From Squalus acanthias (lineage: Eukaryota): a stretch of DNA of 64,000 nucleotides. This document shows, piece after piece, positions 39,462 through 50,360 of the stretch (position 1 is its first letter; each line of letters begins with the position of its first letter). The position numbers and the translations under genes were made by a program. The notes below the pieces were generated by a model. The model worked only from the letters and a program-made list of their open reading frames with translations. It made no database searches and was not told where the DNA came from. The DNA lies in assembly GCA_030390025.1 (NCBI GenBank), contig CM059436.1, positions 57,164,001-57,228,000 on the forward strand, given 5' to 3'.

Positions 39462-39990
39462 GGCAGGCTCTCCTGATGGGTCAGTTGGTAAAGACATTGG
39501 GGGTGAAATTGGTCTTCACCAGTAGCGCAAAACACTGAAGTCAATGGAAAGATCGGGCGCGGTGTAAAGCAGACTGCCGATTCGCTACAAGCCCATTTTG
39601 TGCTATTGGCGAAGACCAATTTCACCCCCATTATATAGCTGAGCCAGATAGACTAGAAGATCCCAGGTTCGATTCCCAGACTGTGCCAAGTTAGCTGATC
39701 TCAACCAGAGTAGCAGCAAGAATGCTAGAATTGGCCTGAGTGCTCTTAGGCTAGAGAGGGGAAAGCCAGCCAGGATCCTGGCTCCTGATTCTCATCCTGC
39801 TGGAAATGTGTCTGAGTGGGCATTGGATGAGGACAGGATCAGGCTTGCTGTAATGCCTTCAGTGGTCAAATAGCTAGTGGACATTCACCGCCTGGGCACA
39901 AATATGGCCACTTGAGTGAAGTACTTGGGGGAGCTTGTGGATCTGTACTCCAACAGTAATTAATGCCTTCAGTAGAGGGGAGAAAATGGC
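39462..39990 (+). mobile_element. tRNA-headed SINE family copy with a MITE inserted between its A and B boxes
   Basis: Head ggctctcctgatgggtcagttggtaaa, B box ggttcgattccc at 39666, body colinear with the 32712 copy. Confidence 0.8.
39499..39629. mobile_element. 131-bp PIF/Harbinger-like MITE
   Basis: 34-bp terminal inverted repeats (gggggtgaaattggtcttcaccagtagcgcaaaa, 3 mismatches) and a 3-bp target-site duplication att. Confidence 0.85.
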
Positions 39991-40693
39991 CAAAAAGATT
40001 AGATATTTTAATTTTATAATACTGACTAAAAAAAAACATGCGTGTGGACATTCCTTCCCTCTTATTACACCCTTGTATGAAAATCCTAAAACTATTAGTA
40101 ATCCCTAGTTTCTTTATGGTAATAGTAGCTAGTTCCAGGCCAATGGTTTTCTTGGAAACTTTTTTTTTTTTAAACTTGTTGCTGATTTTGCCTCACTCCT
40201 GTGTGTTAGTTTTGCCATTAACTACTTATACATTTTGTTACTAAAATGAAAGAATTATCTGGCTTAAATAAAATTTCAATTTGTTGGCCACTTTGAATTT
40301 ATTTCAACTTTTTGATTTTGTTGCAGGCTTAACAAACCTATGGGTCTAAGTTCATTGGTGAACTCCGATCAATCCTGGTGCTAAGCAGTTAATATCAGTG
40401 GCTCTGCGGAATATGTGGTGAACATTATTTAAAATGGACTGTGACTGGGGAGTCAACAGGAGGGGGATTAAAAGAAACAATCAGAATTGAAATGTTACCC
40501 CACTGTTACTTCAATTAAGACTATCCTAAATTGATCTTTTATTTCTTAATAATGTAACGTATTTGAGGTAGGGCACTACATATTGGAACCGAAGTCAATG
40601 ACGATCCACCATTCAACATCAGTCTCAAACATGGTTGAGTTGTTCCCATTTGACATCGACCACATGACATTCAAGATGCAGAACTGGGGTATA

Positions 40694-40965
40694 TCTCACA
40701 GTAGCACAGCCTCCCCTCCGGTCTCTAATCTCGGGGCACATCCTCCCCTCCCTTCTCCGACCTCAGTGGCACAGTCCTCCCCTCCCTTCTCCAATCTCAC
40801 AGTGGCACAGTCCTCCCCTCCCCAATCTCACAGTGGCACAGTCCTCCCCTCCCTTCTCCGACCTCACAGTGGCACAGTCATCCCCTCTCTTCTCTGACCT
40901 CACAGTGGCACAGTCCTCCCCTCCCTTCTCCAATCTCAGTGGTACAGCCCTCTCCTCCCTCTGCA
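40694..40965. repeat. ~30-36-bp minisatellite, ~8 variable copies
   Basis: Unit ctcacagtggcacagtcctcccctcccttctcc(aat/gac). Confidence 0.92.
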
Positions 40966-41037
40966 ATTCTAACATGGCCATTGATAGCCATGTCATCAAA
41001 CTTCTAAAAACAAATCAATTAAAAACAATTCAAATCA

Positions 41038-41300
41038 GGCTCCCTGATGTTCAGTGAGTAAATGCACTGCCCAATGTGATACTGAACCGCGCAGACCAGG
41101 TTCAATCCATGTTCTACACCGGGTCAGTTGACGTAGGCCATGGAGACAGAGAATGAATAGTCAGCCTCAGCACCCAGAGAAGGGTAAAAAAAATTCCAGG
41201 GCTCTCGTCGCTGCTTGCTTACCAGTAATCCCTGCTGGAAAGTGCACGTGTGCAGATGTCATATTAGGGTAGGATTGGACTGTGACCACCTTTGGAGTCA
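41038..41300 (+). mobile_element. tRNA-headed SINE family, 5' part
   Basis: ggctccctgatgttcagtgagtaaatgcactgccc…cagaccagggttcaatcc…cctgctggaaagtgcacgtgtg. Confidence 0.7.
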
Positions 41301-42224
41301 CACCTTATCGCAAGTCACTGCATTAAGATAGTTAAAGGAACAAAACTGAAAAAAAATGTTTGAACACACACTTGTGTTATAAACAGAACTTATGGTGATG
41401 GTTGAGGAGTTACAAGATATTTTTTAACACCAAGATGGGACCCCATTGCAACTCACTTGTGACTTGTGATTAGATTTTCCCACACCTGTGTGAGGTATAG
41501 CAAATACCACCAATCCTTATCAAGTATTTGCTACTTATCTATCTCATATCATCTTAGCTCATCAGGGCCTCAACTCTCAAAACAACGGAAGGTGCAACAT
41601 TGGCTGAGCAAGTACAGCAGCTACACTCAACAGTTCACCTCATGGTCAGGTCCAGATATTTGGGGTTTAGTGATCAACTGATTTGTTGCAATTTAACTAA
41701 ACAGGTGGCTGCATTTTCAACTACTACCTGACCAACTGACCAACAATTAATTCTAAATGTAGAGACGGAGTGCACAAATATGAAGATTAATCATTTACTC
41801 TGGGGTTGGGGGGGGGGGGGGGGAATAGGCATCAATTAATTGTTCTATCTGGACAGTTTGTTAGTGACGAAGAATTTATTGTATGCTTCATTCATTTTCA
41901 ATAAAATATGATTTTTAAAATGTTATTGGACACCCAATGGTCTACACAATCTAGCCATATGACCGGTAACCCCTCACCCATGCAGGATACAAACCTGCAC
42001 ATGGCACACTGTGAATTTGCTGGTTATCTGACATGTTAAACCCTTACAGAAGGCAGGTCATTTTCTCCAGCATGCTACCAAAACCTATATAGGTCAGAGA
42101 AAGGGAGTCACTGCAGAGATAAACCTCAGCTGGAGCAAAAGCTACGTACTTTGAGTATGCCATAAAAAAAACAAATAACTAAATAAATTTAAAAACTAAA
42201 AAAAAAAAAATGAGGAAAGCAATA

Positions 42225-42269
42225 AATAAGCACACACAAGGTTCACCAATTAGCTTTAAAATTTTTATT
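42225..42269 (-). terminator. BCL11A polyadenylation signal with downstream GU/U-rich element
   Basis: AATAAA on the minus strand (tttatt 42264-42269), then CTTGTGTGTGCTTATTTATT about 25-45 nt downstream. Confidence 0.75.
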
Positions 42270-44811
42270 AATTTTTTTTCATAAAGGGACAAAATGGGCA
42301 TGTGAACAGGATAATGCAGACAACTGCCAAAACACAGACAGTGGTTTCCAATAGACTCCTGAACTTAACACAGACCAGAAACAAATACAATAAAAGCCAG
42401 GTTGTAATGACCTTTGGTCATCTAAACAAAAAAAAATTTAAAAAATAAAAAATGAAAAAAAGATCAATTTAGTGCATCCGTTTTGAACAGCGCACATAAG
42501 CAATAATAAATAGTGAATCCCATAGTAAAAGATAAATTTCAAGTTACAACAACAGCTTTTATTACAGGAATNNNNNNNNNNNNNNNNNNNNNNNNNNNNN
42601 NNNNNNNNNNNNNNNNNNNNNNNNNNNNNNNNNNNNNNNNNNNNNNNNNNNNNNNNNNNNNNNNNNNNNNNNNNNNNNNNNNNNNNNNNNNNNNNNNNNN
42701 NNNNNNNNNNNNNNNNNNNAATTTACTGCATATGAAGTTAGATGCTGGAATGTAGTAGGTGAGAGGTTAGGAGACAGAAGCACACTACAGAACAAACATT
42801 AGCTTGCAGTACTGTATACAGTATGGCAGCAGGAAGGGAAAGATATGTACAACCATCCGCTTTGACCATTGGCGCGACGTTCTAAAGTTTCCCCCAAGCG
42901 GCCGTTATACGACCTCTTATCTGTACAATGTCACGGGCGTGTTCTTTTTTTTGTTTGTTTGTTTTTTTTTGTTGAAACATACAAATAATTCGCACTATAT
43001 TATCCTGCCAAATTAAAAAAATATACTGTGGCAGCCTGTGTTTTTTTCCACTACCAAAAAAAGGTACGTTGATACCTTTAAAGAACAAGCAACAGTTAAA
43101 AATACAAGCTTCAATATAAATACTATAGTGCCTACACTAGGTGAACATTTATTTCAAATAACCATTCTAGAAATACAGAAAAGTAGAGACCATAAATGTG
43201 TTTAGCATAGGAATCAACATGTGTGCATTTTCCTATAGTTAAGTACTATATATATAATCTTAAACCTTTCCCCAATGCAAGTTTTATACAACCTGAAGAG
43301 CTGTGTATCCAAGGCAGAGTATCCACTAACTGTATAACATGTATGAGTCTTGACAACCACCAAGACACTGGAACCCTAAAATATAGTTCTCCCTAACTTA
43401 ATGAAGTGTTTTTTTAAAAAAAATTCTTACCATTTATACTTAAAAAATCTGTACAAAAATTCTTGCACTGTAGTAGCGAGATTATTTATTCTAATCGACT
43501 GCAGTCCCGTTATCGTCCGCTGAGGAGACGTGCTGTTAAATCGTGTTGCTTTACATTTTATATTCTTTTTAAGTTTAGCCAGGTGCACTATTCTAGTCAA
43601 TGACTGGCAAATTGACACTAAACAATCAGTTCATTTTTCTTTCCTTAGTATTTTAGTAAGTTTTTTTTTCCCTTAATTATATGTTTGTAAACTGGGAAAA
43701 TTGTACAGTGCACTTAATTGTCCTATCTGAGCTGTCTTTTATCCTTTTGTCTTTTTGCTCAGCCTCTGTACCCCTGATTAAAGAAAGGGCATAGAAGTCA
43801 CAAGCGGAGTCAAGTGCGATTTAAATACAAGCTGGGGGTGGGTGGGTGGGCTGGTACGAGTATTAATGTATCATCTTTATGTTTATACAACTGCCGTGTG
43901 GTGTATGAACCAAGCATGACTTTAGGGATCACAGATGGATGCTGTGACATTAATGGAATTGTCAAGACTTTTTTTTTTCCTCCTTTGTTCCTCCTGTTTT
44001 GTTACTTTCATTTTGCTTAAATATTGAGAATTGGTTAACTCACTGGTAGCCAAAACTATCAGGTGCATGATGTGGAACCATCACTTGGGTCAACACAAAC
44101 CCAAGGCTACTCCTCCAGTACCTAACTGAAGAACAGAAAGAAAACCAATACAGTTTAAATAGATTCAAGGCACTCAGATTATTCTTTTTCCTTTAACCAA
44201 ACAATAGTATTCACCCAATCACCATCATCAATTTTTTTTGCTTCTCCAAAAGTCAAGGCCAGCAATTGTTCTTATGTTCTAATTTAATATATTAACCCAT
44301 TGAGGACAGGTTTCTCTTTTGGAAGAAAAAAGACGGCTTTAACAGTGCGAATTCCAGCCTGTCCATAGAGGGTTAAACAAAGGAATAAATTGGGGGAGGG
44401 GGTTCCCCCATTTTTGTTTTCCCTCTCTATGTTACAACCTAAACTGTACATGATATGTGTTACAGGACACTATGCAGCATGGTAGTCTTCTTTCAAAAAC
44501 CAAAAAAAGGACAGAGAAGGGTAGTTACTCAACACCAACTGAGGACAGAAGTAAATTGCCGAACATACCATACATGCTGTCTAAAAGAAAAAAAAACAAT
44601 AACATACACAACACGTAAATTATTGCACAAGAGAAAGGCTCGAGTTTGCGTAAATGCAATAGTATTGCCCCGATACAAATCATGCATTCATCAGTGACAT
44701 TAAACCAGTCGTGCTGGCATCAAGCACATGTTCCTTACGTCCTCAGCTTCCACTTCGTTTTGATCACAAGAGAATAGAAAAAAGCTATAGGGAACTTGAG
44801 CATCAATACAC
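42245..44811 (-). other. BCL11A long 3' UTR
   Basis: AU-rich, with no recognisable transposon. The distal blocks (GATGACCAAAGGTCATTACAACCTGGCTTTTATTGTATTTGTTTCTGGTC; GGCAGTTGTCTGCATT; CCCATTTTGTCCCTTTAT) match my recollection of the human BCL11A-XL mRNA 3' end. The 3' boundary is inferred from the poly(A) signal. Confidence 0.85.
42572..42719. other. Assembly gap (148 N) inside the BCL11A 3' UTR
   Basis: Run of N. Confidence 1.
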
Positions 44812-46826
44812 CTAATCAGTTTTTATATCATTATTTAACAAGCGCTCACTGTGCCATTTTTTCATGTGTTTCTCGAGGGTACTATACACGCTAAAAGGCA
44901 TCTGACAAATTTCACATTTGTAAACGTCTTTCCCCACCTGACCGTGCGTTTTCATGTGTCGCGTGAGCTTGCTACTCTGGGCACAGGCGTAGTTGCACAG
45001 GTCACATTTGTATGGTCTCTCGCCCGTGTGGCTTCTCCGGTGGACTGTGAGATTGCTGCAGTTCTTGAAGATTTTGCCGCAAAATTCGCACGTGTCACTT
45101 CGCTTGCCCTCTTTGGAGCTGGGCCGCCCAGGACCGGGTCCAGTGATGTGGGGCGTGCTCCCACCACTTCCTGTGCCACTCCGACCTGATATCCCACCGT
45201 CCATTTCTCCTGGAGGAGTGGAAAAGCGTAAACTTCCATTTTCTGAAGAGTGCTCAGATGAAGTAGCAAAAGGCGATTGTCTGGAGTCTCCAAAGCTGAG
45301 GAATGGGTCTTTCATCTGTCGTGAGGCAGCATAACCAGCAAGCCACTGTGAGTAAACGTTGTCTGTGGGAGCCAAAGGTGCTGATGGCAGGTCAAAGTCT
45401 TTCTCAAGTTTAATGCGTTTGGAAAAAGGGCTGAGGGAAGTCGGGCTTCCCAATATAGGCTTCTTGGATAAGCCCCCAGAGGCCGATTCACCTGGAGAGG
45501 AACCTCTACCGTTGACTGTACCATCATCTGTGCGATCAGATTCACCAGCAACCGAGTCTTCATCATAAGTGTCTCTGTGAACTTCTGTTTCAGACGAGTG
45601 TTGAGTCCGCTTGTGTTTTTCAACAAGGACTTGGTGGAAGGCCTCACCATAGTGCTGCATTGTATTCATGGCAATGCTATGCATCACTTCAGGCAGAGAC
45701 CTCTTCTCCTCTACAGGCCTCGAGCTGTTCTCATGGTGACGCCCACCCTCTAGACTGACACCAAAGGCAAAATCAGGCCTATTTTCATTTTCAGGTTCCT
45801 CTTCCTCCTCCTCCTCCTCCTCCTCCTCTTCTTCCTCTTCCTCCTCCTCTTCCTCTTCATCCCCGTTTTCTGGAATCATATTGGCGTCAGTTTCACTCTT
45901 GTACTTGGCTACGACAGACTTGAGGGCACTGCTGGCACTGCCAACAAGGTCACTAGTACCAGGTTCAGGAGAGCTTGCGGTGGAAAGCCCATCGTCTGAC
46001 TTGACTGTCATGGGTGAGGACTTGTGCAAATGTGTTTTCATGTGCCTCTTTAATTTGCTGGCCTGAGTGCAGGCGTGATCACAAAGGTGGCACTTGTATG
46101 GTTTCTCACCGGTGTGGCTTCGGCGGTGCACTATCAAGTTGCTCTGAAACTTAAATGTTTTCCCACAGAATTCACAGGACTTGGACTTGAGCACAGGAGG
46201 GGCAGGAGGCGCTGCGGGCTGCAGGGGTGGGAGGGGCGGTGTGCTGAGAAATGGGGATTTGTTGCTTGATTGGAATGGTTGCAATAGCCTTTGCATAGGA
46301 CTAGGCCGGTTCGGTGACAATGGAGGAGTGGAGGTGTTGCCAGCCAATTCTCTAAGTCTCCTAGAGAAATCCATGGATGGTGGCTCTATAGGTATGGAGT
46401 TAAGACGCAGTACCCTGTCAAAGGCACTGGTGTGATGTGCTGCCGCCATAGCCATCTCCTCGGCACTCAGCCGATCCATTCGATGCGGGTCTAGGTGATG
46501 CCGGGGTGGAGGGCTAAACAACGGAGGTGTAGGGGGAAAGCGGCCTTCTCCAAGCCCTGGAGTTTCCCGGGAGACAGGCCCAGACATTCTCAGCAGGTTG
46601 AAAGGACTATTGTCTGCTACGTGAAGTCCATGAAGAGGGGGCTGAGGGGCACAGTCTGCCCCAAGTCCTGAAGGAATGCCAACCCGTGGGGTCAAGGGAC
46701 TTCCATGCTCAGTCTCCAAATAAATTCGGAATCCATGGGTGTTCTGGGCATGTTGGAGGAGAAACCATGCACTGTTGAATGGCTGTTTGCAAGTTGTGCA
46801 AGTGTAACTGCTCGGCTCATCCTTTC
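44812..46826 (-). CDS. BCL11A: BCL11A (CTIP1/Evi9) terminal coding exon (mammalian exon 4 equivalent, XL-type C-terminus); partial CDS, upstream exons lie outside the window
   Basis: ORF 44812..46893 reads [17 protein letters not shown]..., with six C2H2 fingers (1+2+3), an acidic tract, [14 protein letters not shown] and the IKLE SUMO-type motif. It ends [13 protein letters not shown], matching BCL11A (…NNDIKTE) rather than BCL11B. The true exon start is set by the acceptor ttttctcttgcag|GAAAGGAT (phase 1); the ORF residues upstream of it are intronic. Confidence 0.96.
45796..45858 (-). repeat. GAR trinucleotide run encoding 21 consecutive Glu in BCL11A
   Basis: 63 nt of ttc/ctc triplets on the + strand, in frame in the CDS. 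Confidence 0.95.
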
Positions 46827-46845
46827 CTGCAAGAGAAAACAAACA
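46827..46845 (-). promoter_or_regulatory. 3' splice acceptor of the BCL11A terminal exon
   Basis: Minus strand tgtttgttttctcttgcAG directly precedes the conserved (G)GA AAG GAT GAG = GKDE. Confidence 0.9.
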
Positions 46846-47414
46846 ATGCCAGCATGAAGACCACTGAATACCAGGCTCAACTGCTATTTTCAAACATTTA
46901 TTTAAAAGAAAAAAAAAGTGTTATAGAAACTGACTACTCAAATTTAATGGAAAATTAAAAAGCACCGTGAAGCAACTTGAACAAAGTCAAAATGGTTTAA
47001 TTTCTCACCATTTAAAATGACTGAACATTTCTTGTTTATCTGGTCAAACTGCTCAGTCACTGCTCACCTACTTAAGTCACCTAAGGTTGCAATAGTAATT
47101 TTTTTTCCCCCTGCTAGGTTAATAAAGTCACTACAGACCAACAATTCCCCTATTAATCCTTTTTATAAATTTGCTATCCATCCTTTTTAGGGCGGTGCAC
47201 AAATTTCTAAAATGTAAATCAGACACCAAAACAGAAGTCCAATTTTTCCACTAAGACTCAGGATATGGAGACAACGGTTAATAAGGCTTTTAACAGCAGC
47301 AAATTAAACTCCTGAACGCAAGCCATGATCATAACCCCCTACACCATCTATGCAAACCTATCTTGTCCTGCCCATTTTTGGAGTTGACAAAAGATAGAAC
47401 TCAGCTATTTTACT

Positions 47415-47700
47415 TTGCGTCTCCTCCTCTCTGAAGGCAGTGGCATAGGCTGTACAGGCACTGGTCACCCTCCAGGGCCTCATCCAGCTGGCCATTCCTC
47501 ATACACGAGTCTAGGCAGTGAGTGCTGACTGGAACTCTGATCAACTTTCACCTCCCTTAACCCAGAGCTGCTGAGACCGACTGCAGCATCCCCACCGCTG
47601 CCCACCGGAGATCAGACAACTCAGCACAGATCAGGTATTGAACCTGGAATCTGTGTGGCTCAGTCACAGAATATCATTACCAATGGAGCCATTGGGGAGC
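47415..47700 (-). mobile_element. tRNA-headed SINE family copy (intronic)
   Basis: ctgaaggcagtg…ggccattcctcat…ctaggcagtgagtgctg…aactcagcacagatcagg…gaacctgg…tggctcagt. Confidence 0.75.
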
Positions 47701-48024
47701 TGAGTATCTAACTCTTATTGAAATAATTAAACTATTGACAGGAACTGTAAGAGGATTACTTTACACAGAATGAGCAATCCTTTACCCATAAATCTGAAGA
47801 GGAAAACACTGTCAGTCAGTGTGACCTAGCTAATATGCAAGCACAGAGTGCTCTAATCAAAAGGAAGAAATAGCTGCACAATAAATAGAATAGAGTATAT
47901 GACAGAAAATTACATCCCATGACAAATGTAGGCACCAAAATTACACTATGTGACACTAGCAATGAAAGCTTAATGTATTTGAAATTTCTCTCCCTGCTAT
48001 TTTAATGGGAACATTAACCCATTT

Positions 48025-48541
48025 ATTGGAGATTTGATTGAGGTCTTCAAAATAATGAAAGGATTAGATTCAGTCCCTGTAGAGTGGCTATTCAAGCTAG
48101 ATCGGTTGTGGTGAGCCAGGGGACACGAGTATAAGTTGCGTCACCACAGAACTAGGTTAGATGTCAGGAGGTCCTTCCTTTTGCAGAGTCGGCGACCCCT
48201 GAAACAAGTTGCCAGCACGTGCAGGGAGTGCTGCAGGTATTCAAAAGGGAAAGCAGCTGATCTGTGCGGAGTTGTCTGATCCCAAGTGTGGCCAACAGAA
48301 CCTCATATAGAAGGTAGATGGCATTGGGGAAGGTGTCTCCCAGTCACTGGGCTCTCCTGGAACTTGTCTGATTTTCTTCAGGAGTTTCCCAGAGTTACTT
48401 TTCCTCTAAATTTGGCCTACTGTTTTTTGCCTCTCCCAGGAGAATGGTAATGATGGTGGGCAGAAGTTACACCATGACAGTATAGGACAGGCTCAATGGA
48501 CCAGTTGGTCTTTTCCTGTCCTTTGTTTTCAGATGTTTGTA
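48025..48541 (+). mobile_element. Old CR1 3' fragment
   Basis: GDLIEVFKIMKGLD…RGHEYKL remnant and tail ggacaggctcaatggacc…ggtcttttcctgtc. Confidence 0.7.
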
Positions 48542-49249
48542 AAATAAATTAAGTGTTTGGTAGTATCCCACGGTGCAATTTCATGGCCACAGTTTCTCTT
48601 TAAAAGTAGACTGGCTCCCGATATGACATCAGGCCTTTAAACTGCAGTGATCGCTGATTTGGAACTTATCAGCATCTAAATAAATCGTAAATTAACTTGC
48701 ATCTGATCTTCCGGATCAAAATTAGAATTAAGAACTAAAAATATCAATATCAATTTGAATTCATTTCTATAAAACTGTAAACTTCACGGCTAAAATCCTT
48801 TATGTGATTCCCCAGATAAATATTTTCTAGCAATAAGACGGTTCCAATAGATGATAGCAGAGGCAGACATGTCTGTCTGGGCGAAACGTCTCTATCTGCC
48901 ATTCATTCGAATGTTTCCTATTAAATGTGGCTATGACCTATATTTTGTGCTGCTTTAGTGAATCCCTCAGATTATTTTCTCTCTTTGGGTCAGATATTAA
49001 TAAAATATATCTGGGTTGGAACTACCACAATCAGAGGCACTGTGGCAAAATGGTTGAATAGGAATCTCTTCTTTTTTGAAGCTTACAGGTGGAAAATGAA
49101 CACTTAGTACAAATACTTGGATTATACATGAATCCAAGAATATATGTTTTTGATATGTTCACTCTGCATCCTTTTCATAGCTTTTAAACTGCCTGGAAAT
49201 ATATTTAAAAAGTAGGATTTACTAAAAGAATCAAATGCAACTTGTGCCA

Positions 49250-49400
49250 ATTGATGGTAAAGTTTTCAGCCACCTTGGCTCCCTTTTTTGAACTCCCGCC
49301 CTAAACCCCTCCACTTTTCTCACTACCTTTAAAAACCTTCTCAAAATCCATTTCTCACCAATCTTTTGAACCCCCACCATAAGGTGTTGTATATAATGAG
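49250..49400 (+). mobile_element. L2 3' remnant
   Basis: ttttcagccaccttggctcc…gaactccc…cctaaacc…cctttaaaaaccttctcaaaatccat resembles 63860-63960. Confidence 0.55.
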
Positions 49401-50360
49401 CAGACACCCATTTACATTTCATGTGAGCGCCATTATCATGCGGCTTATGACGTTTAAATCTGCGCTGGACTATTTTCCGAGACATGCTATATGATTCCAT
49501 ATAGGAACCAAATGAATGGAACTGAAAACAGAGAGAGTGTGTTAACTGCAGCACTACAACTACAGAGCGCAAACTGACTGGCCCCCTGCAAATAGAGTGC
49601 GTAACTCAATCTCCAGCCAGGAGAGGCAGATCATCCAGACTCTCCCAAACCCGCACCATGACGTGCCTTGTCCTCAATCTCCATCACTGATGCAAAGTTT
49701 CTGGTTTAGAATATACTCTAATATATTTAAAACATACACAAGATTTACAGTTCACATTGAAAGACCCTCAGTGCATACGTAATGCCTCTAATCATGAACA
49801 TTGAATGCAGTGCAACAGCAACTGATCATAATACTGGTCAACCCACATTGGACTACTGTGGCTTTAGTATTGCAAAATCATTTTAGTTTTTATTATTAGT
49901 TATTATTTTGCTCTAGTTATGAAATATTTTAATTGACTTTTTCCATTATTATAGTTAATAAAAAATACAATCTACACTGAACATACACTAACAAACTTTG
50001 AGCATGATAAATACACTGGACCATGCATATAACGAATATTAGAAGACAGCAAATGCAGTTGCTGGAACCAGCGCAAGTATCTTGGGTAAAGATTCTAATG
50101 GACGGACGGGGATAAAATTCCTTTGGGCCTGTTGGATGCAGGGCGCACCTAATTACTTGGGCGCAATTAGGAGGAGCAATTGGTATGGGGCCCTCATTAT
50201 CATTAAATTGGTGGGCTGCCAGTACTACGAGCACTATTGATTGGCAGCTTGCCTAATGTGGGGTGGGAATATCGGGCATCCCTGATGGTATTTAAAGGCA
50301 GCCTGCATCTCAGGGTTAAGTGGACTTTGGCTGCAAGCAACTAGAAGGCAACTGCAGAAC

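Noticed and set aside
44851-46435. Several + strand and alternative-frame ORFs overlapping BCL11A
   Set aside because: Shadow ORFs of a GC-rich coding exon with no independent support
46827-46893. N-terminal [22 protein letters not shown] of the 693-aa ORF
   Set aside because: Intronic read-through upstream of the splice acceptor; not BCL11A sequence
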